Source of the DNA: Cyanobium sp.
Lineage (GTDB): Bacteria > Cyanobacteriota > Cyanobacteriia > PCC-6307 > Cyanobiaceae
Direction: 5' to 3'
Length of the DNA stretch: 40,285 bases
Assembly: GCA_044341355.1 (NCBI GenBank)
Contig: JBIIRU010000001.1
Span: 1 to 40,285 of the forward strand
Shown here: one piece after another, positions 19,247 through 28,777 of the stretch
Layout: each line of letters starts with the position of its first letter
How positions within the stretch are numbered: position 1 is the stretch's first letter
Notes under the pieces: generated by a model
The model's input: only the letters and a program-made list of their open reading frames with translations
Databases searched by the model: none
Told to the model about the DNA's origin: nothing
Program-made: the position numbers and the translations under genes

Positions 19247-20023
19247 GTGCTCCATGCCATGAGCCAAGCCGATGCCTCCGCCACCACCCGTGGTGATGCC
19301 GGAACCTGGAATGCTGCTGTTTTTTTCTTGGTTTTCGGGGGCCTGCTCAGCGCGTGGCCCCTGTTGGCCATGGGGGGCGCCGTTCGGCCCTTAGTTGAAG
19401 AGAATCGGTTGCGCGCGGACGGGGTGATCACCACCGCCGTCGTCATCAGGAGTCGAGAGCGATATGATGAAGATCTGCATGTAACGCACTTCCTCTCACT
19501 GGCGTACAAAGCGCCCTCCGGCCCTGGTCAGTCTGATCATTCCTTCCTCCGGGAGATTGAAGTCAGCCCCAAGTACTACAGGAGTACGCCGGACAGCTCT
19601 GCCGTACCCCTGCGCTATGTCCGCACCGATCCGGCCGTGTCCCGATTGGAGCATCATGTTGGGCTAGGCCGGCTCATTGGTGCCGGCATCGCCACAGCCT
19701 TTCTCGCGGTCCTTCTGGGTATCGGAGGTGTTTTCGTACTGTTGGGGCTCCAATGCTGTAGCGAACTGATCCAGTTGGCATGCTTCGGACGGAGCATCCC
19801 GGGTCGAGTGGTCAACCGTTGGATCAATTCTGTCTACGATGGTACTCACGGCTGCGTGGACCAGCACTACATTTCCTATGTCTTTCAGCCGCCCAACGGG
19901 CCCGCCCAGCTTGTCGAGAAGCAGGTCATCGCTGGGGTCTACAAAGGTTTGAGTCCGGGGTCCGAGGTGCTGGTGGAGTTTGTACCGCAGCGACCGAAGA
20001 TTCATCGTCTGGTGCTTCGGTAG
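19247..20023 (+). CDS. DUF3592-like membrane protein (two TM + beta modules)
   Basis: Twice repeated pattern: TM helix, G..(T/I).(A/G).V, Y.(Y/F), V.(L/V).(Y/F)...P...RL. The start may be ATG 19259. Confidence 0.6.
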   Translation: MLHAMSQADASATTRGDAGTWNAAVFFLVFGGLLSAWPLLAMGGAVRPLVEENRLRADGVITTAVVIRSRERYDEDLHVTHFLSLAYKAPSGPGQSDHSFLREIEVSPKYYRSTPDSSAVPLRYVRTDPAVSRLEHHVGLGRLIGAGIATAFLAVLLGIGGVFVLLGLQCCSELIQLACFGRSIPGRVVNRWINSVYDGTHGCVDQHYISYVFQPPNGPAQLVEKQVIAGVYKGLSPGSEVLVEFVPQRPKIHRLVLR

Positions 20024-20095
20024 CGCTGATTACCGGAGTCAGCCCTGCGGCGCTCCAGAGTTAAATGGCTCCCTGACTCTCTGCCATGGCGTCCC

Positions 20096-20244
20096 CAGGG
20101 TCTACTAGGAGCCTGTCTCTGTAGTTCTGGCCCGGCCGTCGCGCCTAAGGTGTTTTGCGAGGCATCCGTTTTCCCCAGTGATGGGTGCTGCTGGTGGCGA
20201 TCCTCACGTTCCACAGCGGCCGGAGGTTTCTGATGGGGCATTAG
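20096..20244 (+). mobile_element. degenerate ISAs1-family left end and transposase N-terminal fragment
   Basis: CAGGG at 20096 (ISAs1-type terminus), then RGIRFPQ*WVLLVAILTFHSG, resembling ISAs1 transposase RG(I/V)R(F/Y)PQWWxLLVAIL..LSG with a TGG>TGA stop at 20179. Confidence 0.5.
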
Positions 20245-20682
20245 GAATGTAACTGGTTTTGAGTTGGCATCAGTGTCGAGCCAGGAACTACTATAAAATA
20301 ATATTTAGCGGGCAAATAATGATAGATTAATCATAGTCATGGACTGTTTTATCTGGCGCACAACAGCCTAATCCACCCTATCACATGGGGATCCGCATAG
20401 CATGAATCAACTTTGCCCCTTTAGCCATTAGATCCATAATGGCGCAAGTTTTCTGGCGCCAGGAAAGCTTGCGAGCGCTGCGTCTTTGGCGTACAGCCGA
20501 GGGCCTCGGCGCAACTTAGGCTGATTTGCCTAAAATGCATTAGCTGCTCTGAAGAGCTCTCGCCTGGATTTCGAGATCTTGAAAAACACCATCTCTAACC
20601 AGACAGTTTCGTAAAGATTTATCAATAAATGGTTCGTCGTTTCTCCATCAAACTAATCTAAGATTATGTTTTACTATTACCT

Positions 20683-21030
20683 GTGAAATACACTACAGCA
20701 ATTGCGTTGCTAATGATTTCATGTTTAGAGATGAAAGCTATGGCGCAAACTTCAACAGCTGAATGTATGGGTTATACCTTGGGCACATTAATTGGTGTTC
20801 TTATAAATCCCCGAGCTAACACGTCTGGCGCCATTCCTGCCCATTGCAGGGGTGAAGCGGATACGCAATATATGCGACAACCATCTTCATCTCAAAAGTA
20901 TAATGGACAGGATGCCGATGTCTATATTAGGCAACAAGAACTTCGCAACAGAAGACTTCAGAGGGAAGCCGATAGTAACTTGGATTCAATTCGTGATAGC
21001 AATTGCCTTGCTTCATCTGAGGGATGCTAA
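20683..21030 (+). CDS. hypothetical secreted protein
   Basis: GTG start, signal-peptide-like MKYTTAIALLMISCLEMKAMA, AT-rich. Confidence 0.55.
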   Translation: MKYTTAIALLMISCLEMKAMAQTSTAECMGYTLGTLIGVLINPRANTSGAIPAHCRGEADTQYMRQPSSSQKYNGQDADVYIRQQELRNRRLQREADSNLDSIRDSNCLASSEGC

Positions 21031-21385
21031 CGGATTCGCAGGGACTAGTATGACTTGTCGACTTCTTGCCACGCACATTAAATCTTTGGTTAAAATTCAT
21101 CTAACAAGCAGTTAAACTTACGCTTCAATCTGATTCGTACAACAAGTTAAGAAAGTTGAGCAGGTTCAAACTTTACAAGCGTCGACAAGGGATTGACGGC
21201 GGTGTCTTAGTTGGTCTAGCTCTCTATATCTTATTAGGTGGCATAGCCAAGGCTTGATTGAGTGACTTTTGGAAATATGCCAACGGAGCCCCACCAACTC
21301 TCATAGGAACTGGACCACTGATGGGGGTCACGTCACCCAACCCGGCGCCATGGTCGTTTGAACACCCCCATGCAGGGCGGAGCGG

Positions 21386-22030
21386 TCACACCACCCAGAT
21401 ATCCTCCAGATCCAGCGTCAGCCCCTCCGCCAGCTCGCTGCCATCCAGTCGGTTGGCGTTCTCCAGCCGCTGCGCCATCCCCTGCTGGCCGGCCCGCCAG
21501 ATTTCCACCGCCCGCTCCTGGGGCAGCAGCAGCCAGCCGAGACGGACGCCATTGGCCTGGTAGAGGTCCATCTTGCGGCGCAGGGCGGTGATGCCTCGGG
21601 GTCCTGTGTCGCTGGGGCTAACCAGCTCCACCACCAGATCGGGGCAGAGGGGCGGGAAGCGGCGGCGTTGTTCGGGGCTGAGGGCCTGCCAGCGATCTTC
21701 CAGCACTAGGGAGGCATCGGGGCTGAGCACGGAGCCATCCGGCAGGAGGAAGCCTGTGGAACTGTCAAAGATCCTCAAGCTGGGCTGACCGCGGGTGAGG
21801 GCCAGGCCCAGCTGGATGAGCAGACGACTATTGCGGCTGCCTGTCTCCCCTCCTGTTGGCGTCATGACAATCAATAGGCCATCAGCCGTCAGCTCCAGCA
21901 CCGCCTGCGGATTGGCCTGGCAAACCTGCTCGAACTGCTCCGGCGTCAGCCGCAAATTCGAGGGCAGCAGCAGCGGTGCCGGCTCAAACCCCGGGGGCTG
22001 GGCGGTTGCGGCTGGGGGCGCCAGGGCCAT
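21386..22030 (-). CDS. Uma2 (DUF820) family endonuclease
   Basis: ELTADG.LIVMTPTGGETG.RN, FDSSTGF.LPDG, SPDAS, CPDLVVELVSPSD, KM..Y..NGVRLGWL. Confidence 0.92.
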   Translation of the reverse strand: MALAPPAATAQPPGFEPAPLLLPSNLRLTPEQFEQVCQANPQAVLELTADGLLIVMTPTGGETGSRNSRLLIQLGLALTRGQPSLRIFDSSTGFLLPDGSVLSPDASLVLEDRWQALSPEQRRRFPPLCPDLVVELVSPSDTGPRGITALRRKMDLYQANGVRLGWLLLPQERAVEIWRAGQQGMAQRLENANRLDGSELAEGLTLDLEDIWVV

Positions 22031-22242
22031 GGGCTGGGCCGAAGATGGGGTCCAACCTTAATGGCGGCGGTGGTTCAAGAGCCATGGCGGAATCCCTGAG
22101 CGTTGTGAACATGAACCCATGGGATGGTGCCCGCAACCCGGCTTTGGGCTGGTTGCGGCAGCCCTAAGCTGCTGCCCACCTCACCGGTCGGCTGGCTTGA
22201 TGGCGCGTCTGCCTTGGAGATCGGGGCCCCAAGGCAAGGAGG

Positions 22243-24657
22243 ATGGCCATGGCCATCCGTAAGTCAGAGCTGTATTCCAGCCTTTGGGCCAGCTGCGATG
22301 AGCTGCGGGGCGGGATGGATGCCAGCCAGTACAAGGATTATGTGCTGGTGTTGCTGTTCATCAAATACATCAGCGACAAATATGCCGGCCAGCCCTATGC
22401 GCCGCTGGTGATTCCTGCGGGGTCGAGTTTTGCCGACATGGTGGCCCTCAAGGGCAAGGCGGAGATTGGCGATCAGATCAACAAAGCCATCATCGCCCCG
22501 CTGGTGGCGGCCAATCAGCAGCTGAGCCCCAGCGACTTTCCCGACTTCAACGACCAGGCCAAGTTGGGCAGCGGCAAGGAGCTGGTGGACCGGCTCACCA
22601 GCCTGATCGCCATCTTTGAGAAGCCCGCCCTCAACTTCGCCCGCAACCGGGCCGATGACGACGACATTCTGGGCGATGCCTACGAATATCTGATGCGCCA
22701 CTTCGCCATCGACAGTGGCAAGAGCAAGGGCCAATTCCTCACTCCGGCGGAGGTGAGCCGCGTCAAGGCCCAGGTGTTGCAGATCGAGAAGGAGGACACC
22801 TCAGCGGCCACAACGGTGTGTGATCCCTTTTGCGGCTCGGGTTCCCTGCTGCTGAAGGTTGCGGCCCAGGCCCGTACGCCGGTGACGCTTTACGGCCAGG
22901 AGAAGGATGCGGCCACCAGCGGTCTGGCGCGGATGAACATGATCCTGCACGGCAACGCCACCGCCACGATCTGGCAGGGCAACACGCTCACCGATCCGCA
23001 AGCCAAGGAGGGCGAACAGCTCAAGCAATTTGATTTTGTGGCGGCCAATCCACCCTTTTCCGATAAGCGCTGGAGCACAGGCCTGGATCCAGCCCTGGAT
23101 CCCTTTGGCCGCTTTGAGGGCTTTGGCATTCCGCCCCACAAGCAGGGCGATTACGCCTATCTGCTGCACATCGTGCGCATCCTCAAGCGCACGGGGCGGG
23201 GCAGTTGCATCCTTCCCCACGGGGTGCTGTTTCGCGGCAATGCCGAGGCCGAGATCCGCAAAAACCTGCTGCAGCGGGGCCTGATCCAGGGGATCATCGG
23301 CCTGCCGGCCAATCTCTTCTATGGCACGGGCATCCCGGCCTGCATCGTGGTGATCGACAAGCGCGATGCCGCCACCCGGGAGGGGGTGTTTCTGGTGGAT
23401 GCCAGCAAGGGCTTCCTCAAAGATGGCCCCAAAAACCGCCTGCGGGAGCGGGACATCCACCGCATCGTCGATGTGTTCACCCGCCGGCTGGAGCTGCCCG
23501 GCTATTCCCGGCTGGTGCCGCTCGAGGAGATCGCCCGCAACGACTACAATCTCAACCTGCCCCGCTACATCGACAGCAGCGACCCGGAAGACCTTCAAGA
23601 CATTGAGGCCCACCTGCGCGGCGGCATCCCCGTACGCGATATCGACGCCCTGGAGCCCTACTGGCAAGTGTGCCCAGCCCTGCGGCAGGCCCTGTTCCGC
23701 TCGGTGCGTGCCGGCTATCTGGAGCTGGCGGTGACGCCGGCTGACCTGAAGGCCACGGTGCTGGCCCATCCCCAGTTCGCCGGCTTCCTCGCCGGAATGG
23801 CGGCCCATTTCCAGGCCTGGCGCGAGGCCGCCGCCCAGAGCCTCAAGGCATTGGAGCAAGGCTGCCACCCCAAGCAGGTGATCCAACAGCTGAGCGAGGG
23901 GTTGCTGGAGCACTACCGGGGCCAGCCCCTGATCGATGCCTACGCCGTCTACCAGTTGCTGCTGGACCAGTGGGCCGACACGCTGCAAGACGACGTCTAT
24001 GCGATCAGCGCCGAAGGCTGGCGCGCCGACACCTACCGGCTACAGGAAACCACCAAGGCCGGCAAGCTGAAAGACCGGGGCTGGAGCTGCGATCTGGTGC
24101 CCAAGGAGCTGGTGGTGCGCCGCTTTTTTAGCGATGACCTGGAGCTGATCGAAGAGCTGACCGCCGAGCTGGAGGAGGCGAGCAGCCGCCTGGCGGAGCT
24201 GGAGGAGGAGCACGGCGGCGAGGAGGGCCTGTATGCGGAGCTGGAGAAGCTGAACAAGGCGGCGGTAGCGGCCCGGATCAAGGAGATCCGCAAGGATCCG
24301 GATGCCGCCGATGAGCTGGTGGCCTTGAGAGAGTGGCTATTGATGACGGAGTCCGAGGTCAGCACCAAGCGCGCCCTGCGCAGCGCCGAGGCGGCCCTGG
24401 ACGACCAGGCCTATGGCCGCTACGACAGCCTCACAGAGGCGGAGGTGCGGGAGCTGGTGGTGGAGGACAAATGGCTGGCCACCCTGGAGCAGGCCATCGC
24501 CGCTGAGGTGGAGCGGGTCAGCCAGGGATTGACGGCCCGGCTCAAGGTGCTGGGCGAGCGCTATGGCGAGGCGCTGCCGGTGATCACGGAGCGGGTGGAG
24601 GAGCTGGAAAAGCGGGTGGCGGGGCACCTGGAGCGGATGGGGTTCGCATGGAACTGA
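22243..24657 (+). CDS. hsdM: type I RM methyltransferase subunit M (long C-terminal form)
   Basis: LWASCDELRGGMDASQYKDYVL, GQFLTP, DPFCGSGSLL, NPPF, PHGVLFRG. RBS AGGAGG upstream. Confidence 0.95.
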   Translation: MAMAIRKSELYSSLWASCDELRGGMDASQYKDYVLVLLFIKYISDKYAGQPYAPLVIPAGSSFADMVALKGKAEIGDQINKAIIAPLVAANQQLSPSDFPDFNDQAKLGSGKELVDRLTSLIAIFEKPALNFARNRADDDDILGDAYEYLMRHFAIDSGKSKGQFLTPAEVSRVKAQVLQIEKEDTSAATTVCDPFCGSGSLLLKVAAQARTPVTLYGQEKDAATSGLARMNMILHGNATATIWQGNTLTDPQAKEGEQLKQFDFVAANPPFSDKRWSTGLDPALDPFGRFEGFGIPPHKQGDYAYLLHIVRILKRTGRGSCILPHGVLFRGNAEAEIRKNLLQRGLIQGIIGLPANLFYGTGIPACIVVIDKRDAATREGVFLVDASKGFLKDGPKNRLRERDIHRIVDVFTRRLELPGYSRLVPLEEIARNDYNLNLPRYIDSSDPEDLQDIEAHLRGGIPVRDIDALEPYWQVCPALRQALFRSVRAGYLELAVTPADLKATVLAHPQFAGFLAGMAAHFQAWREAAAQSLKALEQGCHPKQVIQQLSEGLLEHYRGQPLIDAYAVYQLLLDQWADTLQDDVYAISAEGWRADTYRLQETTKAGKLKDRGWSCDLVPKELVVRRFFSDDLELIEELTAELEEASSRLAELEEEHGGEEGLYAELEKLNKAAVAARIKEIRKDPDAADELVALREWLLMTESEVSTKRALRSAEAALDDQAYGRYDSLTEAEVRELVVEDKWLATLEQAIAAEVERVSQGLTARLKVLGERYGEALPVITERVEELEKRVAGHLERMGFAWN

Positions 24658-25889
24658 AGCCGGGGTATAAGCAGACGGAGGTGGGCGTGATCCCGGAGGA
24701 TTGGGAAGTACAACCCCTACAGAATCTGTCAATCAAAATCATGGTCGGTATTGCAAGTGCTGCAACCCACGCCTACCGCACTTCAGGTGTTCCGATGTTT
24801 CGAAATCAGAACATCAAGGAAGGCAGGTTAGACGATTCAGACCTGCGGTTTCTTGATCCTGCATTCGACGAAGTGTACCAAGGAAAGCGCCTCTGCGGAG
24901 GTGATTTATTGATTGCCAGAACTGGATACCCCGGAACTACTGCAGTTGTCCCTCCTGAATACACTGGTGCACAATCCTTCACATCGCTCATCACACGGCC
25001 AAACACCAGCAGAATCAGCCCAAATTACCTTTGCCTATATATCAACTCGCCCGCTGGCAGGGAGTTCTTTGAGCAAAGTCAGATTGGCGGGGCACAAAAA
25101 AACGTCAACGCAAATTCACTTAAGAGAATGCCTGTCGCCTTCCCTAGGTCGAAAGATGAACAGGCATCAATCGCACACGCAGCTGCAGAGATAGAAGCTT
25201 TTATCTCCTCGCTTGAGTCTCTGATCTCTAAGAAACGGGCCATCAAACAAGCCGCCATGCAGGAGCTGCTCACCGGCAAGCGGCGGCTGCCGGGGTTTGA
25301 GGGGGAGTGGGTGGTGAAGAGGCTGGGAGACATCACATCAATCGATCCCGAGAGCCTTGGTAATAACACTCATCCCAATTACTGTTTTAACTATATTTCG
25401 CTGGAGGATGTCTATCAAGGTTCTCTTCTTGGCTGGTCTGAGCAAGAATATGTATCCGCACCATCGCGTGCCCGCCGCAAACTTCGACCCAATGATGTGT
25501 TGATTTCAACTGTACGTCCAAATCTCAAGTCGCATTTACTATTTGACCAGGAAGGTGGTGAATGGATCTGCTCTACCGGCTTTGCCTTATTGCGCTGCAA
25601 CAAGGACACGATAGAACCCGCCTTTGTTTACTTTCATCTTTTTGGCGATTCCATAAGCAAGCAAATCGAAGCTCTGCTGACAGGGTCAAACTATCCAGCA
25701 ATCAATAGTCGAGATGTTCGCAATCTAGAGATTCCGGTTCCAGCGCTCCTAGAACAAAAGGAAATAGTCCGTATTCTTAAGTCGATGGAGGACGAACTGA
25801 TTTCACTAGCACAACAATTTGAGAAAGCAAGTTCGCTTAAACAGGGAATGATGCAACAACTCCTCACCGGCAAGATCCGCCTGCGATGA
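24648..25889 (+). CDS. hsdS: type I RM specificity subunit S
   Basis: PGYKQTEVGVIPEDW, two TRDs, repeated conserved MQELLTGKRRL and MQQLLTGKIRL. Confidence 0.95.
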   Translation: MELKPGYKQTEVGVIPEDWEVQPLQNLSIKIMVGIASAATHAYRTSGVPMFRNQNIKEGRLDDSDLRFLDPAFDEVYQGKRLCGGDLLIARTGYPGTTAVVPPEYTGAQSFTSLITRPNTSRISPNYLCLYINSPAGREFFEQSQIGGAQKNVNANSLKRMPVAFPRSKDEQASIAHAAAEIEAFISSLESLISKKRAIKQAAMQELLTGKRRLPGFEGEWVVKRLGDITSIDPESLGNNTHPNYCFNYISLEDVYQGSLLGWSEQEYVSAPSRARRKLRPNDVLISTVRPNLKSHLLFDQEGGEWICSTGFALLRCNKDTIEPAFVYFHLFGDSISKQIEALLTGSNYPAINSRDVRNLEIPVPALLEQKEIVRILKSMEDELISLAQQFEKASSLKQGMMQQLLTGKIRLR

Positions 25890-26028
25890 AAGAATCAATC
25901 CGATTTACGGCAATCTCATCTGCAGCTCGCGTCAGTCAGCTGCACACTTTGGTGCCTACAATCCTTGAATCGGCTAACCTGCCAGCACAAGCATCCCCCC
26001 TTCACCACCACACCCCCGAAGCCAGATC

Positions 26029-27372
26029 ATGCTGATCCGCGAGCTTCACATCCAAAACTTTCGTCGCTTCGAAGACCTGAAGGTGTCGTTTGAGGACGAT
26101 CTGACTGTGCTAGTGGCACGTAATGGCCAAGGTAAAAGCAGCATCCTGGATGCGATCACGGTGCTGCTGGGACCGTTTGTTGGGGCATTTGATCTGGGGC
26201 GTTCCAAGCGATTCGCCCCGGCTGATGCACGACAAGAGCTGTACCAAGATACCAAAACATTCAGGCTGAGCGCCCATTGGCCGATTCGTGTCGAGGGGAC
26301 GGTGGCTTTCCCACTCACAGATTCCAACGAGCTAAGCAACAATCTCGAAGATCACCAGATCGCCAGGCAACTCTCAAGTTATAAAGGATCAACAACCGTG
26401 GGCGAAGCCGCCTGCCTGAGACGCTACGGCCAGGTCCTGCAGGACAACATCAATCGCGTTGCAGACAACATCTTGCCGGTTCTTGTCTACTATGGCAACG
26501 GACGCCTCTGGAAAACAAATAAGAATCTGAGCCGCAAGAAGATTCTCAGCGAGAATCGTTCAATTGGCTACGAAGACTGCTTCTCGTCCAGCTCGAACTA
26601 TCTGCAAGTCCAACAATGGATAGCCAAAGCCACATTGCTAAAGCTGCAGCAAGACGATCCATTGCTTGTGCCCCATAGCGTCATGATGGCCTCACTCTTG
26701 GAGGCGATCCAGCAGGCTGTTGATTCCGTCCTTAAGGACGAAGGATGGTCAAGTTTCGGCTACTACCTGGGTATGGAAGAATTGGCTATGTTTCACAACG
26801 AGCTCGGCCTTCTCCCCGTCAGCCAATTAAGCGATGGCATCCGCGGCGTGGTGGCCTTGGTTGCCGATTTGGCCTTTCGTTGTGTGCGCTTGAATGGTTT
26901 CTATGGACAGTTTGCGCCTGAGGAAAGCAACGGCATTGTCCTCATCGATGAGATTGAGCAGCATCTCCACCCCGGCTGGCAACAGCGCATCCTGCCGGCG
27001 CTGCGCGAGGCCTTCCCCAAGATTCAGTTCATTGTCACCACCCATAGCCCAGAGGTGCTGAGCACGGTGGATTCACAGCAGATTCGGATTCTGCAGGATG
27101 GGAAATGCTTTGCAGCGCCACCCGGTGCGTTAGGTGCCGAGAGTCACCGTCTCCTGCATGACGTTTTGGGTCTAAAGGATCCGCGTCCACCGATCCCAGC
27201 GGTTGCTGAACTCAAAGAATATCTCGCTCTGGTTGATCACGAGCAGTGGGATGGCAACCGTGCCAAGGAATTGAGGACTATTCTCGATGCGCGCTACCAA
27301 GGATATGAGCCAAAGTTGCTTGAAGCTGATCTCCATATTGAAAACCGGATATGGGAGAAAGGGATGTCATGA
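26029..27372 (+). CDS. ptuA: ABC/AAA ATPase, Septu/retron-effector PtuA-like
   Basis: IQNFRRF, Walker A ARNGQGKS, signature LSDG, Walker B/D-loop VLIDEIEQHLHP, H-loop TTHSP; coupled to an HNH gene. Confidence 0.8.
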   Translation: MLIRELHIQNFRRFEDLKVSFEDDLTVLVARNGQGKSSILDAITVLLGPFVGAFDLGRSKRFAPADARQELYQDTKTFRLSAHWPIRVEGTVAFPLTDSNELSNNLEDHQIARQLSSYKGSTTVGEAACLRRYGQVLQDNINRVADNILPVLVYYGNGRLWKTNKNLSRKKILSENRSIGYEDCFSSSSNYLQVQQWIAKATLLKLQQDDPLLVPHSVMMASLLEAIQQAVDSVLKDEGWSSFGYYLGMEELAMFHNELGLLPVSQLSDGIRGVVALVADLAFRCVRLNGFYGQFAPEESNGIVLIDEIEQHLHPGWQQRILPALREAFPKIQFIVTTHSPEVLSTVDSQQIRILQDGKCFAAPPGALGAESHRLLHDVLGLKDPRPPIPAVAELKEYLALVDHEQWDGNRAKELRTILDARYQGYEPKLLEADLHIENRIWEKGMS

Positions 27373-28163
27373 AGCGAGTTGCAAAGTCGGCTGAGCCTAA
27401 CGAGTTGATAGTTTTTCGCAAGGCACAACCCTCGTGCGACTGGGAAGGCATGCGTAACGATGCATTGAACGGTGGCATGCAGGCTTATGACGCGATCGTG
27501 TCTGTACTGGAAGCTGATCAGGGGGGAATCTGCGCCTACTGTGAAATTAAGATCAGCCGAACCACCAATACCACTCGTGTCGAGCATTTTGTTCCAAAGG
27601 CGCTGCCAGACCTCAACATGAACTGGTCGCTTAATTGGGATAATCTGCTGGCAACATGCCCAGGCGGCAGTCAGAAAAGAAACAATCCTCACTATTTCCT
27701 TGAGCCCCCTATCGAAAATCTGAGTTGCGATGCTCACAAACAACGCGCACTGGGCACAATTAACTGCCATGGCCTGCTTCTTAATCCTCTCTATCTTCCG
27801 GCACAGCCGCTTCTGATGCGTCTTGAGCACAGCACCGGATATTGGCATGTTCATGAAACGAATGTGAATGCCATCAGCTGGCCTAGCAATACATACACAA
27901 CCGTGGGAGCACTGGTTGAAGAAAGTATTCGAGTCCTTAATTTAAACTGCACACGCCTTGCTCGTGCCCGTCTGTCCATTCTTCATCAACTAGAGCGCGA
28001 AATACAACAAGCACATAAAGCAGGATTAGACACGTCCGTTTTCATGGTCAACCTCTGCAGGCGCTATCTTGGTCCGCATTATCGCGAATTCTTTTCAGTG
28101 TATCGATTTCGTCTTGGTGATTTTGCAGAAGAGTATCTAAAGAGCAACGGGTTCAATGGCTGA
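27369..28163 (+). CDS. ptuB: HNH endonuclease, TIGR02646/PtuB-like
   Basis: DQGGICAYCE, RVEHFVPK, WDNLLATC, SCDAHK, LNLN. ATGA overlap with the ATPase stop. Confidence 0.82.
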   Translation: MKRVAKSAEPNELIVFRKAQPSCDWEGMRNDALNGGMQAYDAIVSVLEADQGGICAYCEIKISRTTNTTRVEHFVPKALPDLNMNWSLNWDNLLATCPGGSQKRNNPHYFLEPPIENLSCDAHKQRALGTINCHGLLLNPLYLPAQPLLMRLEHSTGYWHVHETNVNAISWPSNTYTTVGALVEESIRVLNLNCTRLARARLSILHQLEREIQQAHKAGLDTSVFMVNLCRRYLGPHYREFFSVYRFRLGDFAEEYLKSNGFNG

Positions 28164-28166
28164 TTC

Positions 28167-28253
28167 ATGAAGATCTCTACCATCCTCGACCACATCGACA
28201 AAGGCCGCATAGCCCTGCTTGAGTACGAACAGAGCGACGACAGGAAGATATGA
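28167..28253 (+). pseudogene. 28-codon N-terminal stub of a DUF262 (GmrSD-like) gene
   Basis: MKISTILDHIDKGRIALLEYEQ resembles DUF262 N-termini (MKISTILDHIDxGxxALPEFQR). Its stop overlaps the next ATG (ATGA). Confidence 0.65.
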
Positions 28254-28537
28254 CCTCCCTGGAAACCCCAATCTGCCGCATAATCGCAGGCCCCAACGGT
28301 GCTGGTAAAACCACCTTTGCCCTCACCTACTTGCGCCGATTTCCCGATGCCCAGACCTTCGTCAACGCTGATCTGATCGCCGCAGAACTCTCGTCCCTTG
28401 CTCCGCAGAGTCAATTGCAGGCCGCCAGTCGCCTGATGCTTGCTGAGATAAAGAGCTACATTCTGGCCAAGCGGAGCTTTCCCAGTAACATTAGGTTTCT
28501 GCTTGATGCCTACGCCGCTGGGGTGGAGAATGCGTGA
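28250..28537 (+). pseudogene. zeta-toxin-like P-loop protein (COG4185-type), internally deleted
   Basis: IIAGPNGAGKTTFA and FVNADLIA are present. After KRSF (~28480) the expected AFETTL region is missing; only 95 aa remain. Confidence 0.7.
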
Positions 28538-28540
28538 TCT

Positions 28541-28777
28541 ATGCCAACTGCTGAAGCTGGCCAGATGAGCACGGCCCTCCCCCCCGATGTTCAAAACGTG
28601 CTTGATGCCCTCCAGCAGGCCGTCACCGCCGAACTCGACCGCAAGGCCCGCCTCGGCCACTACGTGGTGATCTGGCAGGACGGCCAGGCTGTTTTGCAAG
28701 GCCCCGATGCCCCGCCCGCCTCTGCGACTGCGGCTGCAGCTGCCAATCCAAACGGCCCAGCTGGGCCGCAACCATGA
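28541..28777 (+). CDS. small protein usually paired with COG4185 zeta-like genes (putative antitoxin)
   Basis: [32 protein letters not shown] overlap with hsdR. Alternative start at 28565. Confidence 0.65.
   Translation: MPTAEAGQMSTALPPDVQNVLDALQQAVTAELDRKARLGHYVVIWQDGQAVLQGPDAPPASATAAAAANPNGPAGPQP

Noticed and set aside
21099-21215. attC-like start ATCTAACAAGCAGTTAAAC after an orphan AT-rich gene
   Set aside because: No complementary right arm ending in GTTRRRY, no second site and no integron integrase.
22801-23988. Long antisense ORFs opposite hsdM (likewise opposite hsdR, lipA and the sulfatase)
   Set aside because: Shadow ORFs expected from high GC3 codon bias; no recognisable motifs.
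25890-26028. Possible retron msr-msd upstream of the PtuA-like gene
   Set aside because: Only a short TGCAGCT..AGCTGCA stem; no flanking a1/a2 repeats, no long msd hairpin and no RT gene in the window.
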